Shown: positions 22,666 to 29,874, counted from the first letter of the stretch. The stretch: 32,000 nt of DNA from Candidatus Iainarchaeum sp. (GCA_043808785.1 JAZDEL010000001.1:1-32000); one strand, 5' to 3'. The notes: generated from the sequence alone by a model not told the origin. Numbers and translations are program-made.

Positions 22666-23007
22666 CTATATTCCGCCCGTTCCTGATGCAGTAAGGAATT
22701 GAACCAAGGCAGGCGCAACCGCTACCAAAACAAGGCCGCCAACGCAACATGTAGCCGCGACCTTCGCGCCCTCCCTTGCCTGTATGTTCGAGCCGGCAAC
22801 CATGTATGCAACCGCGGCACCGAAGAACCCGAGTGTTGCGAATCCCCCGACTATGTACTGAACCAGCGTTATTAGGTTGTCAATTGGCTCCTTTATCTTG
22901 TCCATGTCCGCGCTCGCGGCAAAAACAGGCCCGAGCATAAGGAACACGGAAGCAAGAAAACACAAAATCCTTTTTCCGTCCAAAATGATTCCTCCTTTGA
23001 AGTTCAT
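22666..23007 (-). CDS. VirB2/TrbC-like (CedA1/TedC-like) pilin candidate
   Basis: 113 aa: signal peptide (..LMLGPVFAASA), then two hydrophobic helices joined by a short basic loop (LVQYIVGGFATLGFFGAAVAYMV - GSNIQAREGAK - VAATCCVGGLVLVAVAPALVQFL). First gene of the train. Assignment by architecture. Confidence 0.6.
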   Translation of the reverse strand: MNFKGGIILDGKRILCFLASVFLMLGPVFAASADMDKIKEPIDNLITLVQYIVGGFATLGFFGAAVAYMVAGSNIQAREGAKVAATCCVGGLVLVAVAPALVQFLTASGTGGI

Positions 23008-23025
23008 ACGGACCTTCTGCCGCGG

Positions 23026-23037
23026 CTAAATAAATGG
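23026..23037 (-). promoter_or_regulatory. TATA-like box upstream of the pilin gene (head of the long minus-strand gene train)
   Basis: The reverse complement reads ccatttatttag, centred about 23 nt upstream of ATG 23007. It is the only sizeable non-coding gap upstream of the train. Confidence 0.4.
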
Positions 23038-23158
23038 ATTCCTTATGTTACCTATGCAAGGTGGCATAAGTCAGCCTTATAAATTCCAAAAACGGGGTTT
23101 TTGTATGACGGCATCTAACCCACATTCAAAGAGAGGCCGTTGCGATGGAGGAAAAACC

Positions 23159-23269
23159 ATGAACTTATTTGCTGAACTAAAAACAAAAGCCCCAGCAGCC
23201 TATGAGTTGCTGGTGCGTGATTACTTGGAACACAAGAGCGCGGAACTGAGCAAAGGGGGCGCGCACTAA
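23159..23269 (+). CDS. Possible 36-aa micro-ORF (MNLFAELKTKAPAAYELLVRDYLEHKSAELSKGGAH)
   Basis: The ATG is preceded by GGAGG (23147-23151) at 7-nt spacing. The stop is embedded in a GC hairpin (ggcgcg-cactaa-cgcgcc). It is part of track ORF 23045-23269. Confidence 0.3.
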   Translation: MNLFAELKTKAPAAYELLVRDYLEHKSAELSKGGAH

Positions 23270-23289
23270 CGCGCCAAATTGGGGATGCC

Positions 23290-23544
23290 ATGCTATTTTT
23301 GAGCGGGAATTCGAATGCGGCAGTTGCCGCGCCCAGAACCAAGCGCTGCTTCTTCTGCGAGAGTGACAGGGGGCGGATGAGAAAAGTATCCAGCCACAAT
23401 GGGCAGGTAAGGCGCCATGTTTGCTACCGTTGTGTGGCTAAAGTCGGCTGGGCTGAGACCTGTGCAATCCTCGAGCGCGTGCCATTTTACCGCGAGCAAA
23501 CCAACTTTTTCAAGGGGCAGCTCGGCTTGGTTAAAGCATTATAG
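23290..23544 (+). CDS. Possible zinc-finger protein (84 aa)
   Basis: CFFC...(19 aa)...CYRC pairs. GGGGA lies 5 nt upstream of the ATG. No family recognised. Confidence 0.35.
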   Translation: MLFLSGNSNAAVAAPRTKRCFFCESDRGRMRKVSSHNGQVRRHVCYRCVAKVGWAETCAILERVPFYREQTNFFKGQLGLVKAL

Positions 23545-23766
23545 CTTATGCTGTTTTTTCACTCTCAGAGTAGGTACTTTTGCCACAATGACTTTACTGC
23601 CCTCTATGCGCCAGATTATTTTTTGCTTTTCCCTGACCACGCCAAGACAGAGCATTTCCTCAGCCACGCGCTTTGGGATGTTCGTGCGATAGTAGAACTT
23701 GCCGGGGTTCTTCTTTTTGTCTGGTTCGTAAACCGTAATTGTTGTTTCCGATTCAAGAGGGGACAT
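23539..23766 (-). CDS. AbrB/SpoVT-like small DNA-binding protein (75 aa)
   Basis: KFYYRTNIPKRVAEEMLCLGVV...IIWRIEGSKVIVAKV resembles the looped-hinge-helix pattern (v.IPk.v.e.lgl..g..v....dg..i.i.k). Confidence 0.5.
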   Translation of the reverse strand: MSPLESETTITVYEPDKKKNPGKFYYRTNIPKRVAEEMLCLGVVREKQKIIWRIEGSKVIVAKVPTLRVKKQHKL

Positions 23767-23886
23767 GTTGAAATTGGTAACAATTTATTTTAAAAAGACA
23801 ATGGTCATACTACTAATGAAAGGTGTAAAGTGTTAGGGACTTACAATCTGATGTAGAAGCCCTCCTCTGGCTCAGCCTTTCTTTCC

Positions 23887-23893
23887 AAAAAAA
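23887..23893 (-). terminator. Oligo-T tract terminator candidate after the 518-aa surface protein gene
   Basis: On the minus strand, GGGCGGCC TTTTTTT begins 8 nt after the stop codon (23901-23903). Archaeal termination typically uses oligo-T. Confidence 0.45.
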
Positions 23894-23900
23894 GGCCGCC

Positions 23901-25457
23901 CTATTCCGTCTTTATGTAAAACGTGTGCCTCGATGCCTCGCGCCTTCCCGTTAGCGGGTTCGCATACTCGACAACAAGGAGATAGATTGCCGCCTGCCCC
24001 TCCGCCTCCGAAGCGGGTATGCCGAATGCCATCAGTGTTTCCTCGGATGTCCCTGCCTTTATCTCATCGAACTCCGAGGTGCTGAAGCCGAGCCAGTTCG
24101 TCGTGCTTTCGTAATCCCCGATTTCGATTGAAATGTCCTGCAAATCAACCTGCCCGCTGTTCTTCAGCGTAAGCCTGGCAGGGTCCTGCGAATATTCCCC
24201 TGTGGAACCGCTTTTCCTCACGGAATAGCTGTCCCTCAATCCCTGCAGCTCGAGGCTTACCTTCGTTTCCCCCACAACCATGCCGAAGTCCAGCGCCTTT
24301 TCGCAGTAGGAATTAGCGAACCTTATCTTGCCGAGCACCTTTGCCTCGGGCTTGGCATCAAGCGGTATTTTCCCGACAAGCTGTACGCTGTATTTGCTGC
24401 TCCCCGAAACCGAAACGCCATCAGAAGAGGGCTGGAATTCGAACCATCCCTGCACAACCGCGGGCGTGTTTCCCTCCGCGCTCGTTATTTCAAGCGTGAA
24501 TGCCGCGCCCTTCATTTCCGCGGCGTTCTTGTTCGTTACCTCTATGGCCTTGTTCACAATCGCCCCGCCCGCGGCCTTCCCGAAATCCACCTTGCTTGCG
24601 GGGTTTGTTGTCACCTTCGCGCATGTGAATTCCGTGAGGCTGTATTTCACATCCATGCCTTCCTTAAGGCCATTTACCCTTACCCCGCCCTTCAGCCCCT
24701 CACCCGCCTTTATTCCCGAACTTTTCACCTTTATGTTCAGCTCGAGTTCCTCGCTCCCCGGTGAAACATAAACGGGCTTTTCATATCCTATATCCATGTA
24801 CTTGCTGCCAAGCGCGCCGCTGAAAACAAGCTCCAATTCAATGCCCTCGCTTCCGTTGTTTTTGAGTTTCAGTATCACATTCGCCTGCTCCCCCATCGCA
24901 AGTTCCTTGGGGAAATCGCCGCTTAATTCAACATCAATGTCCTTCTCAAGTTCCCCAAGGCTTATGCTCCCGCCCCCGGAAACAGCCACCGGCACAAGCC
25001 CCTGCTTTTTGTACCCGCCTGCGGAAACCTCCGCGGAATACTCGCCCTTCCTGATTTTCATGCTCGAGCCAGCTGAACCCTGCGCAACCAGCGCGTTCCC
25101 CGAACCGTAAACCTTCACCGCGGCATTCGCTATCTGCTTTCCTTCGGTGTCCTTCACGGAGAACGAAACATCCATCACGTCCCCGATAAAATATGAGTAG
25201 AGGAAATAAACCGCAACAAGCGCAACAGCCGCGATTATGATTTTGCCCTTATTCTCCAGGAGCACGCCGAGCGCCCCGCCTGCCGCCTCCTGAACCTGCC
25301 CCGAGCCGGAGCCTGAACCCCCTTCCCCCGAACCAAAGCCGCCACTTTTACCCCAGGGCCCCCCACCTCCCCCGCCTCCGATGCCCTCCCCTGTTCCGCC
25401 GAACCCCGCGTCCCCTCCGTGCGGGGATTCGTATTTATCGCCATAATCGCCCGGCAT
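23901..25457 (-). CDS. Type II membrane surface protein: Gly-rich cytoplasmic N-terminus, one TM helix, CARDB/Ig-like repeats
   Basis: The N-terminal ~60 aa are GGDAGFGGTGEGIGGGGGGGPWGKSGGFGSGEGGSGSGSG, followed by the TM helix IIIAAVALVAVYFLYSYFIG. Repeated beta-rich modules follow, with LKNNGSEGIELELVF, VTNKNAAEMKGAAFTLEI and LKNSGQVDLQDISIEI. Confidence 0.8.
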   Translation of the reverse strand: MPGDYGDKYESPHGGDAGFGGTGEGIGGGGGGGPWGKSGGFGSGEGGSGSGSGQVQEAAGGALGVLLENKGKIIIAAVALVAVYFLYSYFIGDVMDVSFSVKDTEGKQIANAAVKVYGSGNALVAQGSAGSSMKIRKGEYSAEVSAGGYKKQGLVPVAVSGGGSISLGELEKDIDVELSGDFPKELAMGEQANVILKLKNNGSEGIELELVFSGALGSKYMDIGYEKPVYVSPGSEELELNIKVKSSGIKAGEGLKGGVRVNGLKEGMDVKYSLTEFTCAKVTTNPASKVDFGKAAGGAIVNKAIEVTNKNAAEMKGAAFTLEITSAEGNTPAVVQGWFEFQPSSDGVSVSGSSKYSVQLVGKIPLDAKPEAKVLGKIRFANSYCEKALDFGMVVGETKVSLELQGLRDSYSVRKSGSTGEYSQDPARLTLKNSGQVDLQDISIEIGDYESTTNWLGFSTSEFDEIKAGTSEETLMAFGIPASEAEGQAAIYLLVVEYANPLTGRREASRHTFYIKTE

Positions 25458-25481
25458 GCCGAAAACAACCCCGAAAAGTAA

Positions 25482-25514
25482 TGTATAATAATGCTTCTAA
25501 TTCATATATAATTA
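25482..25514. promoter_or_regulatory. Back-to-back TATA-like boxes for divergent surface-protein genes
   Basis: tgtataataa (reverse complement ttattataca) lies about 29 nt from ATG 25457 (-). catatataatta at 25503-25514 serves the + gene. Confidence 0.4.
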
Positions 25515-25569
25515 TGCGGTAACCCGCATTTTTGCGGTTTTAGCGTGTTTTTCAGGGTTTTAGGGTTTT

Positions 25570-26049
25570 GTGCAAGGGCGTGTTTTTATGGCAAAAAAGG
25601 CAAGAAGCAATGCGCCAAAGGGCAGGGCTTTAACTGACGGGGCGGATGGCGACTTCGGCGAGGGTTTTTTCCTTGTTCTTGCGGTCCTGCTCATCGCCGC
25701 AGCAGCGGTTTTCATTTACTCCCTTTCGCTGGGCAGGGCGCCCGAAGAGTTCACGCAGGCATGGCTTGAGGGAACGCCCGAAAAGGTAATTGTAGGGCGG
25801 CCTTTTGCAGTCAACTTTGTCGTCGCAAACAGCACAGGCAGTGCAGAGGATTACAAGTATGCAATAACCGCGGAAGGAATGCCAAAGGTTCAGGGCTTCA
25901 TTCCCCTTGCACCGATGCGGCGCGAAAAAGTTTCAAACGAAATTTCCTTGGGCACGCCCGGGATGCAGAAAGTGCAGATAGATATTGCGCCGCAGAACTC
26001 CCCCGAAGCGCAGAAGCAGACACTCTGGTTCTGGGTAGAGGCTGAGTAG
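25570..26049 (+). CDS. Membrane-anchored protein with a single Ig-like ectodomain (159 aa)
   Basis: Basic N-terminus, TM helix FFLVLAVLLIAAAAVFIYSL, then a beta-rich domain ending LWFWVEAE. The start is GTG 25570 or ATG 25588. Confidence 0.6.
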   Translation: MQGRVFMAKKARSNAPKGRALTDGADGDFGEGFFLVLAVLLIAAAAVFIYSLSLGRAPEEFTQAWLEGTPEKVIVGRPFAVNFVVANSTGSAEDYKYAITAEGMPKVQGFIPLAPMRREKVSNEISLGTPGMQKVQIDIAPQNSPEAQKQTLWFWVEAE

Positions 26050-26070
26050 TGCCAACAGGGCAAAGCAATC

Positions 26071-26982
26071 CTATTTCGCCGCAAGTGCGCCCGTTCCCCG
26101 AACGCCTATTTCTTCCAGCGCTTCCGCATGCCTTTTCCCCATGCAGCGATGGTAGAGGTAATCCCACCTCTTTTCCTGCGGCAGTTTCATGTAAACCCAC
26201 TGCCCTATTTTCCTCCCCAGGGGGTATGTCCACTCAGGCTCCTCGTTTATGCGTCTGGCGTTAAAGTTAATGTCGAATTCATGCGCACGCGGCTTTCCTA
26301 TTCTTCCGTCAAGCTTGAGGAACCCATTCTCCAGCGAGTAAAGCCTGTCCGCTGCTTCCGCAAAAGGCGCGTCGAATTTTACATAGCCAAGCTCGTGCAG
26401 GGCATGGATTGCCTCATGCAGGGGCGCTGCCATTGCGCCGCCGTGCACGGTCCTCCAGCCCTTTACCATTGCAATCTTCAGGTCATACCCGTCCCTGATG
26501 AACCCGTGGTACATTTGCCCAGTGCCCTTGAGCTTTGTGTAGAGTTCCTTCCCGCTCCTGCGCATCTCTTTCGGGGAGGGGCCTTTCTCAAGCAGGACAT
26601 CCTTTATTGAAAGAGTTTTTTTTGAAAAAAATCCGAAGATTTTTTTTGAGATTTGCCTTTGTTTTGCTCCGCCAAGATGCCGCGCGAAAACCCTTGCAGC
26701 GAACGCCGCCTGTTTTTTTATCCCCGCAATGTCCCCCTTCCCCATCCTGCCGCCGTGCACTCTCTCTGCTGCATTTGGTAGCGGAAACCTCGGGAGCCTT
26801 TGCGTCCTTGGGGTTTTTTCTATCTCGAGATGCCTTTTTTCCCAGACATAACTCAGGAATTTTATTGCCATGCGCTCGGCACGCTTCTTGTTCATGCCCG
26901 GAAGAATCTCGCCGGTAATTATGAAGTGGCCTTCTTTTGACCCTGCAGTTAACAGTTGTTGCGTATGTTTTTGGTGCGGCAT
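26071..26982 (-). CDS. Hypothetical protein with an HExxH motif (putative zinc metallopeptidase)
   Basis: PLHEAIHALHELG contains HEAIH. ATG 26982 is preceded by GGGGAGG. The track ORF starts at GTG 27003. Lies downstream of the coiled-coil gene and is probably co-transcribed with it. Confidence 0.55.
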   Translation of the reverse strand: MPHQKHTQQLLTAGSKEGHFIITGEILPGMNKKRAERMAIKFLSYVWEKRHLEIEKTPRTQRLPRFPLPNAAERVHGGRMGKGDIAGIKKQAAFAARVFARHLGGAKQRQISKKIFGFFSKKTLSIKDVLLEKGPSPKEMRRSGKELYTKLKGTGQMYHGFIRDGYDLKIAMVKGWRTVHGGAMAAPLHEAIHALHELGYVKFDAPFAEAADRLYSLENGFLKLDGRIGKPRAHEFDINFNARRINEEPEWTYPLGRKIGQWVYMKLPQEKRWDYLYHRCMGKRHAEALEEIGVRGTGALAAK

Positions 26983-27024
26983 AGTGCGCCTCCCCTGTAG
27001 CACTGCGGGCTTTTTATAAGAGCC

Positions 27025-28125
27025 TTATTTCTTCCCTTTCTTTGCCCTTTTCCCGATGGCTTTTTTTGCGCCCTGCCCCTTTTTCCCGGCGCCCCGTGCC
27101 GCAGCCTTCTCAATCCTTGCAGAAAGCGCCCTTATTTTTTCCTCCCTATCCTCAAGCATTTCCTCGAACCTTTTCAGCAGGTTGTTCCTGTCGGCAAGTT
27201 CCCTCTGCATTGCGGCAACTCTTCCGCCCGCCTTTTCAGCCGCCTCTTCCCTCGCCCTTACCTTCGCATCCTCAAGCGCAAGCAACTCACGCGAATACGC
27301 ATTCCTCAATTGAAGGGTTTCGTGCTCTATGTCAAGCACGATCTTCTTTGCATAATCCCTCTCCTTCTTCAGCAGGGTTATGAGTTCGAAAGTCTTCGCC
27401 ATGTGCTGGCCGTTCATCTCATCAATCGCGCGCATCCTGTGCTCGAGGATATCATAGCCGCGTATAAGGTCCTCCAGTTGCTTCCTCTGCCCCTCTATTT
27501 CCGTGCCGAGCATGCTGCCCGCAGCCTCAAGGCCGCGCCCCAGGCTGTTAAGTTCCTTCTCTATATCCGCGCTCGTGTTCTCCTCCAGCGTGCCGAAATA
27601 CGATTTCCTCCTCAGTTCCTCGTACTTTCCCCTGATGTCCTGCAGTTCGTCCTCCTTTTTCTCAAGAAGTTCCAAAACATTCCTGTGCGCGCTCCTTCCC
27701 CGCATCGGCGAGCCCTCCCGCTTCCTTGTCGCTATTCCCGCCCTTTCGGCAAGGTACCTTGTTTTCAGCAGGGCGCTTAGCACCTTTTGCTCCAAGGATG
27801 AGTAAAGTTCCGCGTTCCCTTCCGCATCTGCGGTTTCGCCCTTGCTATCCTCCATTTCCCTGTTCCTTTTAAGCAGCATTATTGCGGAGTTTATCTCATG
27901 CAGGTGCGCCTCCACATCCGCGCTTTGGGGGATGCCCTCGCGCGCGAATTCCGCCTTCATCAGTTCAAGCGCCGAGGAAATTTCCTCAAGCCCCGAGATT
28001 GCCTTCTTCAGGTTGTGCGTGAACGGCACGCGCTCATATGTTCCCCATGCCTTTGCGCCAATTTCCGCATTGAGCCTGTCCGCCGCATTGAGCGCCTTTT
28101 CACAGAGCAGGATAATCTCGGCCAT
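27025..28125 (-). CDS. Long coiled-coil protein with a Lys-rich C-terminal tail
   Basis: E/R/K/L-rich heptad-like sequence throughout. The tail is AAARGAGKKGQGAKKAIGKRAKKGKK. No enzymatic motif. Confidence 0.7.
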   Translation of the reverse strand: MAEIILLCEKALNAADRLNAEIGAKAWGTYERVPFTHNLKKAISGLEEISSALELMKAEFAREGIPQSADVEAHLHEINSAIMLLKRNREMEDSKGETADAEGNAELYSSLEQKVLSALLKTRYLAERAGIATRKREGSPMRGRSAHRNVLELLEKKEDELQDIRGKYEELRRKSYFGTLEENTSADIEKELNSLGRGLEAAGSMLGTEIEGQRKQLEDLIRGYDILEHRMRAIDEMNGQHMAKTFELITLLKKERDYAKKIVLDIEHETLQLRNAYSRELLALEDAKVRAREEAAEKAGGRVAAMQRELADRNNLLKRFEEMLEDREEKIRALSARIEKAAARGAGKKGQGAKKAIGKRAKKGKK

Positions 28126-28194
28126 AGTAAGCCCTGTAATAATGAGGGTTAATTCTTTATATTACTTCTTTTCCCCTGCCGCAATTGCCCAAAC

Positions 28195-28230
28195 GCAAAC
28201 AAAACCCGCGGTTCGGGCGGGTTTGTTTTG
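28195..28230. other. GC-stem hairpin followed by a T-tract, between divergent promoters
   Basis: aaacccgc (28202-28209) / ggttcgg loop / gcgggttt (28217-28224), with flanking imperfect extension (gcaaacaaa... / ...gttttg) and then tttttt. Confidence 0.4.
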
Positions 28231-28290
28231 TTTTTTCACCCGCGCTCCAGCGGGCTTAATTATTTATACTCCCCCGCCCTTATTCCTAAC

Positions 28291-29280
28291 ATGCAGGTTT
28301 TTGAGGATGCAGGCATCTGCATCTCTTCCGGTTCGCGGCTTTACATAGACGCCAACGGCATCTCTGGAGCGGAAGCATTGGTTACGCACGCGCATTCCGA
28401 CCACTCGCGCCTCAGTGCGGGCAACACCTACATAATGACCGAGGGCACAGCCTCGCTCCTTGCAGGCAGGAAACTTCCCAAGAGCGCTAAAATAAAAACC
28501 GTGCCTTTCGGGAAAAAAATTCACGCCGCGGGTTTCGATGTTTCCCTTCACAATTCAGGGCACATTTTGGGTTCCGCCCAGGCGCTTGTGCAGGACGGCA
28601 TAAGCGCCGCAGTGACCTCCGATTTCAAATTGCAGCGCAGCATACTTTTCCCGCCCGCTGAAATTCTGCATGCCGATGTTCTTGTTGTAGAAAGCACGTT
28701 TGGAATTCCGCGCTACAAATTTCCCGAAAGGGAGAAAGTTTACGAGGATATTATGCGCTGGGTCAACCGCGCAACTTCAAAAAAGCATTTTGTCGTCCTC
28801 GGCGGCTACTCCACGGGAAAGGCACAGGAACTCACGAAAATAATGAACGAGTTCTGCGGAGTCACGCCCGTTGTGCATCCGCGCATCTTCTGCCAGAACA
28901 AGGCGCACGAAGAGCACGGAATAAGCCTCGGCTCATACACCTCCCTTGCCGACGGCATAAAGGGCTCCGACGCCCTGCTAATGCCCCCGCATTTGATAAG
29001 CGACGATTTGCTTCAGGCGCTCTCGATGCAGCTGGGGAGGAAAGTGGAGGTTGCTATTGCAACAGGCTGGGAGCGCGGCAAGCACAAGGCGTTTCCCCTG
29101 AGCGACCACGCGGATTTTGAGCAACTGATGCGTTACGTGCGCGAGGCCGAGCCGAAGTTAGTGCTTACCCAGCACGGATTCGCAAAGGAGTTCGCGCACG
29201 CAGTAAGGCGCAAGCTCGGCATTCCCGCGCGCCCGCTGGAAGAGGCGGGGCAGCGCACCCTTGCGGAATTCGGGTTCTGA
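28291..29280 (+). CDS. Metallo-beta-lactamase / beta-CASP family hydrolase (COG1236-like nuclease)
   Basis: VTHAHSDHS (HxHxDH) and the C-terminal LSDHADFEQLMRYVREAEPKLVLTQHG (beta-CASP motifs B/C). ATG 28291 lies about 28 nt after the TATA-like ttaattatttata (28257-28269). The track start at 28228 is unlikely. Confidence 0.85.
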   Translation: MQVFEDAGICISSGSRLYIDANGISGAEALVTHAHSDHSRLSAGNTYIMTEGTASLLAGRKLPKSAKIKTVPFGKKIHAAGFDVSLHNSGHILGSAQALVQDGISAAVTSDFKLQRSILFPPAEILHADVLVVESTFGIPRYKFPEREKVYEDIMRWVNRATSKKHFVVLGGYSTGKAQELTKIMNEFCGVTPVVHPRIFCQNKAHEEHGISLGSYTSLADGIKGSDALLMPPHLISDDLLQALSMQLGRKVEVAIATGWERGKHKAFPLSDHADFEQLMRYVREAEPKLVLTQHGFAKEFAHAVRRKLGIPARPLEEAGQRTLAEFGF

Positions 29281-29303
29281 ATCCGCGAGCCGCCTTAACG
29301 CGG

Positions 29304-29567
29304 TCACTTCCCGGAATACCACTTTTCATATTCCTTGTGGTTGCCGATAAAATAAACCCTTTTTTCCTTCCCGTTTTCCTGCACCTTGAAGCAAATCCTG
29401 AACTGCCCCGCTTCGGCAACAAAAAACGGCAGCCCTTTCTCAAGGTGCCTGGCCTGGTTTTCCTTTTCAAGGCTCACAAGTTTCTTAAGGATACGCAGCC
29501 TGCTTGCCTTATCTATCCTGCCCAGTTGCCTTTCTGCCGCCGGGTCAAGCATCACTGCATATGCCAT
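29304..29567 (-). CDS. RelE/ParE-family toxin
   Basis: 87 aa. MAYAVMLDPAAERQLGRIDKASRLRILKKLVSLEKE... has the typical RelE-like N-terminal helices and a basic C-terminus. Overlaps the antitoxin gene by 1 nt. Confidence 0.7.
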   Translation of the reverse strand: MAYAVMLDPAAERQLGRIDKASRLRILKKLVSLEKENQARHLEKGLPFFVAEAGQFRICFKVQENGKEKRVYFIGNHKEYEKWYSGK

Positions 29568-29842
29568 CAGAGGTCGCTCCGCTTTATTTTGTGCTTTTTG
29601 AGTACTTTTTCAAGCGGAACAAGCCTGCGCCTTCCTTCGCTGACCTCCAGGTCCATTTGCTGCATCTTCCTCAATGCCAGGGCATCCTCCGCCTCCTGGG
29701 CGGTCATCTTCAGCCCGTATTCCCTGCCGAGCCCGAGCACGCCCGCGCGGATTGCCTCGTTCCTTGTCTTGAAATAGCCGAGTTCGATAAGTTTCTCCAG
29801 CGTGAACTGCACGGCCCCCTCCAGGCGGACAATCGTCTCCAT
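29567..29842 (-). CDS. Ribbon-helix-helix (CopG-like) antitoxin
   Basis: N-terminal beta-strand and helices (VRLEGAVQFTLEKLIELGYFKTRNEAIRAGVLGL). GGAGGT SD 6 nt upstream. An inverted repeat lies in its promoter. Confidence 0.65.
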   Translation of the reverse strand: METIVRLEGAVQFTLEKLIELGYFKTRNEAIRAGVLGLGREYGLKMTAQEAEDALALRKMQQMDLEVSEGRRRLVPLEKVLKKHKIKRSDL

Positions 29843-29858
29843 AGTCAGACCTCCTTTT

Positions 29859-29874
29859 TAATATAACAATATTA
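29859..29874. promoter_or_regulatory. Inverted repeat TAATAT-AACA-ATATTA in the RHH/RelE promoter (candidate antitoxin operator)
   Basis: Perfect 6-bp arms with a 4-bp spacer, 17-32 nt upstream of ATG 29842. Confidence 0.4.

Noticed and set aside
16761-23007. Calling the T4SS-like block a mobile element (integrative conjugative element)
   Set aside because: No integrase, relaxase, coupling protein, replication gene, att-like direct repeats or tRNA target was seen in the window. Mobility therefore cannot be supported from this sequence alone.
25290-25400. GC-rich, visibly repetitive stretch (runs of ccc/gcc/ccg) that looked like a tandem DNA repeat
   Set aside because: It is in frame with the 518-aa ORF and encodes the Gly/Ser-rich N-terminus. 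No regular repeat unit or spacer structure could be defined.
24328-25468. Plus-strand ORFs 24328-24771 and 24796-25110, and the alternative minus-frame ORF 25235-25468
   Set aside because: They are shadows of the 518-aa surface protein gene, with S/P/A-rich low-complexity translations.
25898-26610. ORFs 25898-26233 (-), 25890-26084 (-), 26049-26264 (+) and 26128-26610 (+)
   Set aside because: They overlap the 159-aa and HExxH-protein ORFs, and their Arg/Pro/Ser-rich composition is typical of out-of-frame translation of GC-rich coding DNA.
27042-28348. Plus-strand ORFs (113, 85, 156, 100, 168, 84 aa) across the coiled-coil gene
   Set aside because: The reverse complement of an E/K/R/L-rich coiled-coil gene naturally gives long S/F/L/P-rich open frames. 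They lack starts with a promoter or SD context.
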